Shown here one piece after another: positions 63,490-64,000 of a DNA stretch of 64,000 bases. Position 1 is the stretch's first letter; each line of letters begins with the position of its first letter. Both the position numbers and the translations under genes were made by a program. The stretch comes from a virus. Lineage: Duplodnaviria > Caudoviricetes. Where the stretch lies: IMG/VR virus record IMGVR_UViG_3300042445_001485, one strand, 5' to 3'. The notes under the pieces were generated by a model. That model worked only from the letters and a program-made list of their open reading frames with translations, had not been told where the DNA came from and did no database searches.

Positions 63490-63603
63490 AGTACGCTAAA
63501 GGCACCTACACTGTTAGCGAAAGTTACACATGCACACCGGGGTTTGGTGATGCATTTCCTGACCGAAGTCATCCGGCTTTTCGAGCAGATGGCCTGCCGC
63601 CGC
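63490..63603 (-). ncRNA. Candidate structured RNA of four hairpins downstream of tRNA(CAT)
   Basis: GCAG-GCCAT-CTGC, TGAC-TTCG-GTCA, ATGCA(T)CACC-AAACCCC-GGTGTGCAT, CGCTAA-14 nt-TTAGCG. Confidence 0.45.
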
Positions 63604-63607
63604 AAAT

Positions 63608-63683
63608 TGGTGGTAATGGCCGGACTCGAACCAGCGATAAACTGCGTATGAAGCAGTCGCATTAGCCGCTATGCTACATTACC
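63608..63683 (-). tRNA. tRNA with CAT anticodon (elongator Met or lysidine-type Ile2)
   Basis: ACTGC-TTCATAC-GCAGT, G1-C72 paired, CCA end, 76 nt. Confidence 0.9.
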
Positions 63684-63757
63684 TGGTAGGTCCGGAAGGT
63701 ACTGCCCCTTCTTTTACTGGTTAAAAGCCAGTTACTTTACTTTTAAGTTACGAACCC
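63684..63757 (-). tRNA. tRNA-Lys(TTT) with non-canonical T-loop
   Basis: ACTGG-CTTTTAA-CCAGT; T-arm GAAGG-GGCAGTA-CCTTC; CCA end, 74 nt. Confidence 0.8.
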
Positions 63758-63763
63758 AATTCA

Positions 63764-64000
63764 TTAGATATCGTCAATCCAGCCTGGCCTAACACCGTTG
63801 ACTGTGTGACTTTCATTTTCATCATAAGTCCAACCCAAGACTTTCATCATTTTGTGCTTGACCAACAAGTTGGGGCTACGGAATGCTTCAGAATCGTCAA
63901 AGCCCAGCATGACACCCACTTCACATACCGCGCCTGATCGGCACACACCTGCCACACAATGTACTATGACATTCATGCGATGGTCAAGTGCATGTTGTAA
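63764..64000 (-). CDS. Protein-tyrosine/dual-specificity phosphatase-like protein, 5' end outside the window
   Basis: IVHCVAGVCRSGAV (HCxxGxxRS); frame stays open to the window edge (LQHALDHRM...). Confidence 0.85.
   Translation of the reverse strand, partial: LQHALDHRMNVIVHCVAGVCRSGAVCEVGVMLGFDDSEAFRSPNLLVKHKMMKVLGWTYDENESHTVNGVRPGWIDDI

Noticed and set aside
63553-63580. CGGATGA...GAAA on the minus strand resembles a hammerhead core
   Set aside because: The core would need CUGANGA and a stem II closed directly before GAAA; neither fits, and no matching stem III/UH site was found.
63453-63665. 70-aa plus-strand ORF after a TAAATA motif
   Set aside because: Runs antisense through tRNA(CAT) and the hairpin cluster with no protein-like features; not excluded entirely because a late-type motif precedes it.
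63688-63699. AGGTCCGGAAGG on the plus strand resembles the conserved SRP RNA domain IV motif
   Set aside because: It is the reverse complement of the acceptor and T stems of tRNA-Lys; the following GAAGCAG and the long SRP hairpin are absent.
58798-63757. tRNA genes as a prophage attachment site
   Set aside because: No integrase, no duplicated tRNA 3' fragment and no host-like flanking DNA; the whole window looks like lytic phage sequence.
1-64000. Alternative genetic code (stop-codon reassignment) as in some large phages
   Set aside because: Conserved genes (nrdA, nrdB, helicases, primase) are full length in the standard code, TAG and TGA are both used as real stops, and no suppressor tRNA is present.

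Overview
This window is a 64-kb segment of a large lytic T4-like (myovirus-type) dsDNA bacteriophage, most consistent with an uncultured aquatic phage of a proteobacterial host (inference from AGGAG ribosome-binding sites, sigma70-type promoters and IscU/IscA/ClpS-type genes). Nearly all real genes lie on the minus strand and use the standard code; no integrase, CRISPR array, rRNA or reverse transcriptase is visible. In coordinate order it contains: (1) a host-takeover block (cytidylyltransferase, ClpS, small heat-shock protein, ribosomal protein bS21); (2) accessory and early genes, a cell-wall hydrolase and a PAAR-like protein; (3) glutaredoxin, nrdB and nrdA; (4) an exonuclease, iscA/iscU and free-standing homing endonucleases; (5) a putative virion/internal-head gene block; (6) DnaB-type helicase, primase, LamG and tail-fibre genes, a miniature DnaE-like protein, a clamp-loader subunit and UvsW; (7) a glycosylation island of about 10 kb with a split transketolase; (8) 11 CCA-ending tRNA genes interleaved with oxygenase cargo. 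The best candidates for undescribed biology are a 274-nt structured non-coding element closed by a perfect 13-bp stem between a consensus sigma70 promoter and tRNA-Leu, a second structured RNA after tRNA(CAT), a ubiquitin-like/ILEI-lectin fusion protein, a possible ThDP-dependent branched-sugar pathway, a 196-aa DnaE core, and arrays of a 15-bp near-palindrome upstream of early promoters. All family assignments are by eye from motifs; no searches or folding programs were run.
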